This document shows positions 1 to 8,593 of a stretch of 64,000 nt of DNA, in pieces. Position numbers and translations under genes: made by a program. The stretch covers positions 25,889 to 89,888 of the forward strand of contig CACMTO010000004.1 in assembly GCA_902616645.1 (NCBI GenBank). The letters are read 5' to 3'. A model generated the notes under the pieces. That model saw only the letters and a program-made list of their open reading frames with translations. It did no database searches and was not told the origin of the DNA. The first letter of the stretch is position 1. Every line of letters starts with the position of its first letter. The DNA comes from an uncultured Pelagibacteraceae bacterium. GTDB lineage: Bacteria > Pseudomonadota > Alphaproteobacteria > Pelagibacterales > Pelagibacteraceae.

Positions 1-573
1 TTTTAATTGTTGTAAAAATTGTTTCTGTTTCTCCGTTTGTTCAATTCTTAATAGTGCTTGTTCTTTCCTCAAGAAAAGTTTTATATCTTTTGCTCTTTCC
101 TTCTCAAGTTTTATCTCATCTTTTAATGCTTTTTCTCTTAATCTAATTTTTAAAGCCTCATCTTTTTTCTTTTTGTTTTCTATTTCGATTTTTAATTTTC
201 TCTCTGTCTCATATTTTTCAAGCTTTATTCTTCTAGTCTCATCAGCTTTGTATATTTTGTAGCTCGAAATTGACTCAGATATTTTATCAAAAAATTTTTG
301 TATGTATTTTTCTAAACTAAAGTTAAAACTAAAATTTAGTCTTTGATTTAAAGATAGTTGAAGTTTAACAAATTTATAAACAAGACTTTTTTTTTGTTTT
401 TTTTTTACCTCAGAAAATTTAAAATTCCTCTTTTTTTTAATCTTTTTTAGCTTATTTCTATTCCTCTCTTTTTTCTTTTTTGGGTTTTTATTGTATTTTT
501 TTAGTATTTTAACTTTGATCTTTTTTGTTTTTTTTATACTTTTTTTTTTAGATTTTTTTTGTTTTTTTCTCAT
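1..573 (-). CDS. Hypothetical protein with a Lys-rich N-terminus followed by a charged coiled coil; runs off the window edge and is absent from the ORF track
   Basis: ATG at 573 (minus strand), frame open to base 1 by hand translation: MRKKQKKSKKKSIKKTKKIKVK...ETRRIKLEKYETERKLKIEIENKKKKDEALKIRLREKALKDEIKLEKERAKD; 29 nt downstream of cfa on the same strand. Confidence 0.8.
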   Translation of the reverse strand, partial: MRKKQKKSKKKSIKKTKKIKVKILKKYNKNPKKKKERNRNKLKKIKKKRNFKFSEVKKKQKKSLVYKFVKLQLSLNQRLNFSFNFSLEKYIQKFFDKISESISSYKIYKADETRRIKLEKYETERKLKIEIENKKKKDEALKIRLREKALKDEIKLEKERAKDIKLFLRKEQALLRIEQTEKQKQFLQQLK

Positions 574-602
574 TTTTAATGAAAATAAATTCTATCAAGA
601 AT

Positions 603-1790
603 CTATTGATAAATATAGTCTCTTGTAACTGGAGTCGATCTGTAATTCTTAGTCAATTGAAATTGATAAACAACTTGATCGCCCCATTTAAATGCCATTT
701 CGCATCCCGTAAGATAAAATTCCCACATTCTAAAAAATCTTTCATCAAACATTCTAATGATTTTATCTTTATTTCTAATACAATTTTCTTTCCAATGTTT
801 TAATGTATGTGAATAGTGAAGTCTAAGAACCTCAATATCAGTTACAATTAAGCCTGCATTTTCAATTGGTGTTGTGACCTCACTTAAGCTCGGTGTATAA
901 CCACCAGGAAAAATATACTTTGTAATCCAAGGATGCGGGTCTCTAGGAGGGTTAACTGATCCTATTGTGTGTATAAGAGAAACACCTTTTTCATTTAACA
1001 AATTATTGATTTGCTTAAAGAATTTTTTATAAAATTTTCGCCCAACATGTTCGAACATTCCTACACTTACTATTCTGTCAAATTTTTCATTTAACTGCCT
1101 ATAATCCATTAATCTAAACTTTACTTGATTGCCTAGATTCATTTCTTTTACTTTCTTGTTAGAATAATCTAATTGATTTTTCGAAAGGGTAATCCCTAAT
1201 ACTTCGCAATTCATATTTTTTGCAATGTCGATTGCAAGTGATCCCCACCCAGAGCCTATGTCTAAAACTTTTTGATTTGGTTTTATGTTTAATTTTTTAA
1301 TGATATGTTGAATTTTATTATTTTGTGCTGTTTCGAGGCTGTCACTTTCATTTTTAAAATAAGCACAAGAATACTGTCTCTTAGGATCTAAAAACAAGTC
1401 ATATAAATCATCTGAGATATCGTAATGATGTGAGACATTCATTTTAGATTTTTTTATAAAGTTAAAATTAGTTAAATATCTATATGATCCCCTTATTCTA
1501 TTAATAATATAACTAAAAAAGTTTAGTTCATTTCTTCCAATGTTCATCAATGCTAAATCCAAAAAATCAGTCAAGGTCCCATTTTCAATTTTAAGTTCAC
1601 CATTCATATAGGCTTCACCAAAATATAAATCGGGATGAATTAAGAGTTTATAATGAAGTTTTTTATCAAATATTTTTATTTTAATCGGGTTTTTTCCTGG
1701 TTTGCCTATTATGTATTCTTTTGAATTTGCATCTGTTAATATAAACCCACCATTTTTAAAAGTTTTATTTAAAAAATTAGCAAGTTTCAT
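603..1790 (-). CDS. cfa: Cyclopropane-fatty-acyl-phospholipid synthase family SAM-dependent methyltransferase
   Basis: HHYDIS, YSCAYF, VLDIGSGWG, VGMFEHVG, KYIFPGG and RMWEFYL motifs; start moved to the ATG at 1790 (MKLANF) just after the upstream stop. Confidence 0.9.
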   Translation of the reverse strand: MKLANFLNKTFKNGGFILTDANSKEYIIGKPGKNPIKIKIFDKKLHYKLLIHPDLYFGEAYMNGELKIENGTLTDFLDLALMNIGRNELNFFSYIINRIRGSYRYLTNFNFIKKSKMNVSHHYDISDDLYDLFLDPKRQYSCAYFKNESDSLETAQNNKIQHIIKKLNIKPNQKVLDIGSGWGSLAIDIAKNMNCEVLGITLSKNQLDYSNKKVKEMNLGNQVKFRLMDYRQLNEKFDRIVSVGMFEHVGRKFYKKFFKQINNLLNEKGVSLIHTIGSVNPPRDPHPWITKYIFPGGYTPSLSEVTTPIENAGLIVTDIEVLRLHYSHTLKHWKENCIRNKDKIIRMFDERFFRMWEFYLTGCEMAFKWGDQVVYQFQLTKNYRSTPVTRDYIYQ

Positions 1791-1791
1791 A

Positions 1792-2676
1792 CTAAGCAGC
1801 AATTAATGATTTAGAATAAAAATTTAAGTTATTTAGCTCACTTATTAAATCTTTTTTTTCATTATCATCTAGTAATCTCAATGGCGGTAAAATATTTTCA
1901 TAGATTTTATCATCTTGAGAAAAAAAGGTATGAAGTCCTGAAATTAGATTATACTTATCAAAAACACTTCTCACCTCACACAGTTTTTTGTTATAGCTTT
2001 GCTTATTTCCAGACAAAAAATCGTCGTAAACTTTTCTAGAAAGTTCGGATGTAACATTGCAAGTTGCTGTTATAATTCCAGAACAACCTAATTCTAATCC
2101 ACTCAGTAATTTTAATTCTGAACCTGGTAAAACTGAAAAATTATCTAATTTTAAATTTTCAAACAAATTATAAGAGCTGTCCTTTACACCGATTATTTGG
2201 TCAGGGAATTGTCTTACAAGTCTTTCAACACAGTCTATACTAAATTTATAACCACACAATTTTTCGAAATTATATAAAATTATTTCAGACTCAGGTAGTG
2301 AATGAACTATTTTTGAATAAAATTTAATAACTTCTTTGTCCTCATAATTATAATAAGCAGGCGGCATAATTAAAAATTTTTTAAAACCTAAAGATATAGC
2401 TATTCTCATCATATTAATTATTTCACTTAATGAGTTTAAACCGGTACCAATCAAAAAATTGTTTTTATATTTGCTCAGCGAAAGTTTACTTAATAGGTCA
2501 ATTTTTTCTGAGATTGAAATTAGTTGCGCTTGACCCGTACTTCCAAAAATCGCAACACCGTGGCAACCTTGTTTAATAATGTTTTCGGAATGTAATATTG
2601 TTTTCTCTATATTTAAACTCAAATTATCATTTAAGATTGACATTCCTGCAGCGTATATACCTTTTATTTTTGCCAT
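1792..2676 (-). CDS. DHDPS/N-acetylneuraminate lyase family class I aldolase (probably not true DapA)
   Basis: GSTGQ, PPAYY, ILYNF and the Schiff-base Lys in GVKDSS. Confidence 0.85.
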   Translation of the reverse strand: MAKIKGIYAAGMSILNDNLSLNIEKTILHSENIIKQGCHGVAIFGSTGQAQLISISEKIDLLSKLSLSKYKNNFLIGTGLNSLSEIINMMRIAISLGFKKFLIMPPAYYNYEDKEVIKFYSKIVHSLPESEIILYNFEKLCGYKFSIDCVERLVRQFPDQIIGVKDSSYNLFENLKLDNFSVLPGSELKLLSGLELGCSGIITATCNVTSELSRKVYDDFLSGNKQSYNKKLCEVRSVFDKYNLISGLHTFFSQDDKIYENILPPLRLLDDNEKKDLISELNNLNFYSKSLIAA

Positions 2677-2714
2677 AATTTTTTTTTAATAAGTATAATA
2701 GAAAATTAATTTAT

Positions 2715-3641
2715 ATGAAAACAGGAATTTTTTTAAGTTACTCTGGATTAGGAGCTAATTTATTACATCTCAGCTATTGTCACCAAATTGCAAAAAAATA
2801 TGGTCCACTCACCTTAATAACACTAAACTCTAAATTGAAAGATATATTACAGCAAGATCCAAATTTTAACGAAATAATCTATTTAGATAAATTTCACAAA
2901 AGACTCAAAGATATATTCAAATTATCTAAGTTTTTGAAAGATTTAAAATTTAATAATCTTTTCATTTTTTACCCAAGTTTAAGATATTTTCTTTCAAGTA
3001 AATTAGCAGGTATAAAAAATGTCTATCAATATCCTATTTTTAAGAAAAAAAAACTTCATTTAGTTCAAGCTGCTAAGCTCTTTACTGAAAGAAATTTGAA
3101 TATTTTAGATTGTCCAACCGAAACAAAAATTTTTTTTAAAGATAAAGAAAATGATAATATAATAAAAAAGGACCAAAAAATAATAATACTTGGGATTGGT
3201 TCATCAGGGCAAACAACAAAATGGGGTGTTGATAATTTTTCGTTACTTATAAGTAGATTAAGTCAGATTAAAAAATTCTATTTTTACTTATTGTGTGGCC
3301 CACAGGAAAAAAATGATGCAAAAAAAATAATTGAAAAAGTTGGAAAAAATAATTGTGAGTCACTAGATGACAAAAGTATATTTGAAGTTCTGAGCTATAT
3401 TTCAAAGAGTGACTTCTACATTGGAAACGACTCTTTTGGACACCATATTTCATGTCAAATGGGAAAACCTAGTTTTATTATTCTTTTAGATACACCAAGA
3501 GCTTATTCGGATTATAGTATTAACCAATATAGAATACTTCCAGAAAATGTTAATATTGATGAAATCTCACATAATTCAAATCTGAGCCCAAATTCTATTT
3601 CTGTTGACATGATATTAAATAAGATCGAAAAATTTATTTAA
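2715..3641 (+). CDS. Glycosyltransferase family 9 (heptosyltransferase-like)
   Basis: GT-B layout: GLGxxL at the N-terminus, GSS...KW, LLCGPQE, FYIGNDSFGHH. Confidence 0.8.
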   Translation: MKTGIFLSYSGLGANLLHLSYCHQIAKKYGPLTLITLNSKLKDILQQDPNFNEIIYLDKFHKRLKDIFKLSKFLKDLKFNNLFIFYPSLRYFLSSKLAGIKNVYQYPIFKKKKLHLVQAAKLFTERNLNILDCPTETKIFFKDKENDNIIKKDQKIIILGIGSSGQTTKWGVDNFSLLISRLSQIKKFYFYLLCGPQEKNDAKKIIEKVGKNNCESLDDKSIFEVLSYISKSDFYIGNDSFGHHISCQMGKPSFIILLDTPRAYSDYSINQYRILPENVNIDEISHNSNLSPNSISVDMILNKIEKFI

Positions 3642-4137
3642 TTTCATTTAAAAGTATATCCCTAGCCTCATTTACAATTGAAGAAAGTCTCGATGTTTCA
3701 GGGGAGACATCAGGATGTATCCTTTTTTGAATTTTTAAATATGCTTTGTTAATATCTTCTTTAGTTAATTTTTTTTTTTCATCTAAATTCAAAATTTTGA
3801 AACATTCCGATACTGACAAATTTGAATAATTATTATTTTGCGATTGATTAAATGAAAACCTTCCACTTCTTCTAAGAGTTTGAATTAATCTATAGAGAGA
3901 TATTAGTTGAAAAAGAGACAAACCTTTTAATTTTATTAGAGCTAATCCAGCCAAAGTAAATGGAAGGGTCAGTAAAAATTTTCCACCAATTGCAAATAAG
4001 ATAGCTAAAATTACAAGTCCAAATATCAATATAAATCTTAAACTTTTTGATATCTTTTTTGATGAAATATTAGTGATTATTCTTAATAGAATATATAAAA
4101 CGGTCAATATTACTACTGTATAAATAAATATATTCAT
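3634..4137 (-). CDS. Membrane-anchored J-domain protein (Pam18/Tim14-like architecture)
   Basis: Hydrophobic N-terminal helices; C-terminal ECFKILNL...INKAY...IHPD...VNEARDIL. Confidence 0.85.
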   Translation of the reverse strand: MNIFIYTVVILTVLYILLRIITNISSKKISKSLRFILIFGLVILAILFAIGGKFLLTLPFTLAGLALIKLKGLSLFQLISLYRLIQTLRRSGRFSFNQSQNNNYSNLSVSECFKILNLDEKKKLTKEDINKAYLKIQKRIHPDVSPETSRLSSIVNEARDILLNEIK

Positions 4138-4151
4138 ATATTTTTTTTAGA

Positions 4152-6227
4152 ATGAAAATACCACAATTAAGAAAAAAACCAGAAATAAAATCTTGTCACA
4201 ATACTACTTGGGAGGATAATTATAGCTGGATACATCAAGAAAATATTTTAGAAGTTTTAAAAGATAAAAATAAACTCAATCCCGAGGTAAAAAAATATCT
4301 CAACGAAGAAAATGAATATACTGATTATCATTTAAGAGAAACTAAAAATTTACAAAAAAAATTATTTGATGAAATTAAAGGAAGAATAAAACTTGATGAT
4401 TTGTCTCTTCCTTACAAAGACCATACTTATGAATATTGGACAAAAACTACATCTAAAGGAAACTATTCTATAAAACTTCGAAAAAAAATTGGAGAGAATA
4501 AGATTGAGGAAATTTGGAACGGCGATAAAGAAAAGAAATCATTAAAGACCAATTACTTTGGTGTTGGTGACTTAGAAGTTAGTCATAATGATAAATTTTT
4601 AGGGTATTCACTCGACCTAAGGGGATCAGAATATTATACAATCTTTGTAAGAAATATTTCAAATAATAAATTTGTTACTAAAGAAATAAAAGATACATCT
4701 GGAAATATAATTTTCAGTCTGGATGATAAATACATTTTTTACTCCAAGCTTGATCAAAATCATCGAGCAAGAAAAATTTATAGACATGAAATTGGAAACT
4801 TTAATGATGATGACGAATTAGTTTTTGAGGAAAAAAGCGAGGCTTTTACCGTAAGCATAAGCTTAAGTTCGGATGAAAAATACTACTTTATTTCAACCTC
4901 AGATCATAATACTTCCGAGCAATATTATTTTGGTGTAAATGAAAAAAAACCGTTACCTAAATTGATTAAAAAAAGGAAAAGAGGAGTATTATATTCTGTA
5001 AATTCCTGGAACTCTAAATTTTATAATCATACAAATGAAAATGCAGAAGATTTCAAAATCGACATTTCTGATAGTATCCAAGATCAGAATTGGCAACCTT
5101 TTGTACCAGCTAGAAATGAAGTTTTAATTGGAAATTGTATTTTTTTAAAAAATTGGATTATTAGATCCGAAACATCCAATGCATTAGATAAACTGTTTGT
5201 TAAAAATATTTCAACAGACCAAGAGGAGGAATTAATTTTTTCTAATGAAAAAGTTTATGTACCCAATGTTTCATTAACTCAAAAAAATCGTGATACTAAC
5301 AAAATTTATCTTGGTTACTCTTCTCCAAAAACGCCATCAAAGGTTTATTTGTATGATTTAAAGAACAAAACAAAAAAATTAGTGAAAGAACAAGAGATAC
5401 CATCTGGACACGACCCTAGTAATTATATTGTAGAAAGAATAGAATTTAAGTCTCATGACGGAAGATTGGTACCTTTAACTATAACGAGAAACAAAAAAAC
5501 AAAGTTAGACGGGTCAGCTAACTTATTGTTATATGGTTATGGTTCATATGGAAATTCAATGAGCCCTGGATTTTCATCAACAAGATTAAGTCTTATAGAT
5601 CGAAATATAATATGGGCAACTGCTCACATAAGAGGGGGTATGGAGAAAGGCATGAAGTGGTGGAAGGAAGGTAAACTTACGAATAAAAAAAATACTTTTG
5701 AAGACTTCATTTTCGCTGCAAAATATTTGATTGAAAAGAAATATACATCCAAAGGAAAAATAATTGGAATGGGAGGCTCTGCAGGAGGTTTATTAATGGG
5801 TGCAGTTGTAAATCAATCACCTAACCTATTTTTGGGTATGATAATGGCAGTTCCATTTGTAGACTCTTTAACAACAAATCTTGATCATTCATTACCTTTA
5901 ACTGTTGGAGAGTTTGATGAATTTGGTAATGCAAAAGAAAATAAGGATCATTTTGATTATATTTTTTCGTATGCTCCTTATAACAATATTAAAAAAATGG
6001 ATTATCCACATATACTAATTACTACAAGTTTAAGTGATAATAGAGTTTTATTTGATGAGCCAGCGAAATTTACAGCTAAACTTAGAGATTTTAAAACTGA
6101 TAATAATTTACTACTTCTTAAAACAGAAATGAATGCCGGTCATGGAGGAAAATCTGGTAGAGACGGAGCTATTGAGGAAATAGCTTTAGACTACGCGTTC
6201 GCTTTAAAGATATCAAAAAAAATTTAA
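4152..6227 (+). CDS. ptrB: Oligopeptidase B (S9A serine peptidase)
   Basis: DNYSW, YGYGSYG, HIRGG, GGSAGG nucleophile, SDNRV, AGHGG. Confidence 0.95.
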   Translation: MKIPQLRKKPEIKSCHNTTWEDNYSWIHQENILEVLKDKNKLNPEVKKYLNEENEYTDYHLRETKNLQKKLFDEIKGRIKLDDLSLPYKDHTYEYWTKTTSKGNYSIKLRKKIGENKIEEIWNGDKEKKSLKTNYFGVGDLEVSHNDKFLGYSLDLRGSEYYTIFVRNISNNKFVTKEIKDTSGNIIFSLDDKYIFYSKLDQNHRARKIYRHEIGNFNDDDELVFEEKSEAFTVSISLSSDEKYYFISTSDHNTSEQYYFGVNEKKPLPKLIKKRKRGVLYSVNSWNSKFYNHTNENAEDFKIDISDSIQDQNWQPFVPARNEVLIGNCIFLKNWIIRSETSNALDKLFVKNISTDQEEELIFSNEKVYVPNVSLTQKNRDTNKIYLGYSSPKTPSKVYLYDLKNKTKKLVKEQEIPSGHDPSNYIVERIEFKSHDGRLVPLTITRNKKTKLDGSANLLLYGYGSYGNSMSPGFSSTRLSLIDRNIIWATAHIRGGMEKGMKWWKEGKLTNKKNTFEDFIFAAKYLIEKKYTSKGKIIGMGGSAGGLLMGAVVNQSPNLFLGMIMAVPFVDSLTTNLDHSLPLTVGEFDEFGNAKENKDHFDYIFSYAPYNNIKKMDYPHILITTSLSDNRVLFDEPAKFTAKLRDFKTDNNLLLLKTEMNAGHGGKSGRDGAIEEIALDYAFALKISKKI

Positions 6228-6236
6228 TCTTTGAAC

Positions 6237-6264
6237 CTTGAAATATAAAATTGGATAACCATAT
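6237..6264 (+). promoter_or_regulatory. RpoH (sigma32)-type promoter of ibpA
   Basis: CTTGAA (6237-6242), 16-nt spacer, CCATAT (6259-6264), upstream of a small heat-shock gene. Confidence 0.75.
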
Positions 6265-6270
6265 ATAATT

Positions 6271-6327
6271 AATAAGTTGCCTAACGGGACTTATATTTAA
6301 ACTTGCTTAACAAAGGAGGATATAATG
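6271..6327 (+). promoter_or_regulatory. ROSE-like RNA thermometer in the ibpA 5' UTR
   Basis: Hairpin ATAAGT(6272-6277)/ACTTAT(6289-6294) with a TAAC loop; TTGCT (6303-6307) can pair with the SD AGGAGG (6314-6319) leaving a bulged G. Confidence 0.65.
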
Positions 6328-6771
6328 ACAAGTAAGGATTTATCAATATTCAACTCACTAAGACCATTTTCAATTGGTTTCGACGATATGTTTGACCAAT
6401 TTGAAAATATGTTAGGGAATGGTAATTTAACGATGCAGTCGAATTACCCGCCTTATAACATAAGGAAAGCTGGTAAGGATAACTATGCTATAGAAGTTGC
6501 CTTAGCTGGTTTCAACAAGAAAGATGTGGAGGTAGAGTTTGAGGATAATTTATTAACAGTTAGAACAAAACAAGTTAATAAAATTAATGACAAAAATGTT
6601 GATGGTGAAATAATTCACAAGGGTATTTCTCAAAGACAATTTGCAAGGTCATTTACAATAGCTGATGACGTAAAAGTGAATGGTGCTGAGCTTAAAGACG
6701 GTCTTTTAACAATATCTTGCGAAAGAATTGTTCCAGAACATAAAAAAAAGAAACTTATTGAGATCAAATAA
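6325..6771 (+). CDS. ibpA: Small heat shock protein, Hsp20/IbpA
   Basis: IGFD, NYPPYNI, ALAGF, HKGISQRQF, AELKDGLL; strong SD. Confidence 0.95.
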   Translation: MTSKDLSIFNSLRPFSIGFDDMFDQFENMLGNGNLTMQSNYPPYNIRKAGKDNYAIEVALAGFNKKDVEVEFEDNLLTVRTKQVNKINDKNVDGEIIHKGISQRQFARSFTIADDVKVNGAELKDGLLTISCERIVPEHKKKKLIEIK

Positions 6772-6779
6772 GTCTAGCC

Positions 6780-6810
6780 TTACTTGCGGAGACTGGATCT
6801 CCGCAAGTAA
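6780..6810. terminator. Probable bidirectional intrinsic terminator hairpin
   Basis: Perfect 13-bp stem TTACTTGCGGAGA / TCTCCGCAAGTAA with a 5-nt loop, between convergent ibpA and a lipoprotein gene. Confidence 0.8.
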
Positions 6811-7116
6811 TTAAAAACATCCGTTTGAAACGAAACCAACTACAATATTTGTAGAATTAATTTCAAATCTTCTTTCACATGGAATTCCGTATTTCTTAGA
6901 ATTGTAAACAAATATAAAATTACCTTTTTCATTCTTAAAGCTCTCATCTGGCTTACCTAAATTTTTTTCCAATTCGTTTGATAGTTTGCCAATAAATTTA
7001 CTTAATTTTTCATTTTCTTTTTTTACGATCGCATCTGATTTTTGTTTAATAGTTTTACAACTAGATGTTAATAGGATCAAAATTAAACCTAATATAAAAA
7101 ATTTTAACTTAGTCAT
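6811..7116 (-). CDS. Small hypothetical lipoprotein
   Basis: Signal peptide with lipobox LTSS-C; FIG..ELEKNLGKPD motif; two further Cys. Confidence 0.75.
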   Translation of the reverse strand: MTKLKFFILGLILILLTSSCKTIKQKSDAIVKKENEKLSKFIGKLSNELEKNLGKPDESFKNEKGNFIFVYNSKKYGIPCERRFEINSTNIVVGFVSNGCF

Positions 7117-7242
7117 TCTTATACAATTACAATTAAATTATGGCACAAATATAAACTTCTGAGTTGAAATATGTGAATAAAGACTAGTTTTAATAGGTAA
7201 TTAACAAAAGAATCAAATAATTTGAAGACCTAAGGAGGATTA

Positions 7243-8553
7243 ATGCTTGAAAATTATTTTAATTATAAAAAACACAAAACTGATTTTAAAACTGAAGTAA
7301 TTGCTGGAACCACGACGTTCTTGACTATGGCTTACATAATGTTTTTGAATCCATTTATACTATCAGGAGAATTTGCCGGACCTGATAAAGGTTTTTTTGA
7401 CTTCGGTGCAGTCTACACGGCAACAATTTTAGCCACAGCATTAGCATGTTTTATAATGGCTTTTTATGGAAAATCTTGGCCTATTGGACTTGCTCCAGGA
7501 ATGGGGATCAATGCGTTTGTAGCTTTTGGGGTTTGTGCTGGAATGGGTTATTCACCTCAAGAGGCTTTAGGTGCTGTATTGGTTGCAGGTGTATTGTTTT
7601 TAATTATATCTCTTACACCAATAAGGGCCTGGCTCATAAATTCAATACCAAAAAGTTTAAAATTAGGTATCGGTGCTGGTATAGGTTTATTTCTAGCAAT
7701 AATAGGTCTTCAAATAATGGAAGTTGTTGTTGATAATCCTGTAACTTTAGTTCAATTAGGAGATTTAAGCGACCCTCTAGTTTTACTAGGATGTGCAACT
7801 TTTATTGCAATAATTGTATTAGAAAAAATGAATGTTAAAGGAAATATCATAATTGGTATTTTGTTGTTTAGTATCATTGCGTGGGTTACAGGTCTCGCAA
7901 AATTTAATGGTATTGCAAGCTCTCCGCCATCAATGACTTATCTTTTTGAATTTGATTTGTCTGCGGCAATGACTGCAGGAATGTCGACAGTAATATTTAC
8001 TTTATTATTCATTGACTTCTTTGATACTGCTGGAACTCTAACCTCTGTAGCAAATGTTGCTGGAAAAGTAGGAAAAGATGGTAAAGTTCAAGACATAAAT
8101 AAAGCAATGTTGTCGGACAGTGTTAGTACAGTCGCAGGAGCAATGATGGGAACTACCACTGTAACAAGTTATGTTGAGTCTGGAGCAGGTGTTAAAGCTG
8201 GAGGCAAAACTGGAATGACATCTTTAGTAATTGGTATTTTGTTTTTGGCATGTATATTTTTTGCACCTTTAGCAACAAGTTTGCCCAAACAAATTGATGG
8301 TGCAGCTCTACTTTTTGTTTCAGTTCTATTTATCAGAAACATTACAGACATTGAGTGGAATGATATATCTGAATCTGCACCAGCGATTTTAGCTATGATC
8401 TCAATGCCTCTTACATATAGCATCAGTAATGGAATTGCTTTAGCATTTGTGTCATATGCTTTAATAAAAATATTTACTGGTAAATTTTCAAGCACATCAC
8501 CAGCAATATGGGTCGTAGCAATACTGAGTATAGTAAGCTTTGCTGTTGCATAA
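7243..8553 (+). CDS. NCS2 family (AzgA-like) purine nucleobase permease
   Basis: EVIAGTTTFLTMAYIMFLNP, APGMG, FFDTAGT, YVESGAG..AGGKTG, PLTYSISNGI; SD AAGGAGG. Confidence 0.93.
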   Translation: MLENYFNYKKHKTDFKTEVIAGTTTFLTMAYIMFLNPFILSGEFAGPDKGFFDFGAVYTATILATALACFIMAFYGKSWPIGLAPGMGINAFVAFGVCAGMGYSPQEALGAVLVAGVLFLIISLTPIRAWLINSIPKSLKLGIGAGIGLFLAIIGLQIMEVVVDNPVTLVQLGDLSDPLVLLGCATFIAIIVLEKMNVKGNIIIGILLFSIIAWVTGLAKFNGIASSPPSMTYLFEFDLSAAMTAGMSTVIFTLLFIDFFDTAGTLTSVANVAGKVGKDGKVQDINKAMLSDSVSTVAGAMMGTTTVTSYVESGAGVKAGGKTGMTSLVIGILFLACIFFAPLATSLPKQIDGAALLFVSVLFIRNITDIEWNDISESAPAILAMISMPLTYSISNGIALAFVSYALIKIFTGKFSSTSPAIWVVAILSIVSFAVA

Positions 8554-8563
8554 ATCTAATATC

Positions 8564-8593
8564 AAATAGGGTTAGTGAGAACTAACCCTATTT
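8564..8593. terminator. Intrinsic terminator, likely bidirectional
   Basis: Perfect 13-bp stem AAATAGGGTTAGT / ACTAACCCTATTT with GAGA tetraloop, followed by a long T run; overlaps the PRTase stop codon. Confidence 0.85.

Noticed and set aside
7141-7156. TGGCAC resembling a sigma54 -24 element
   Set aside because: There is no TTGC -12 element at the required spacing.
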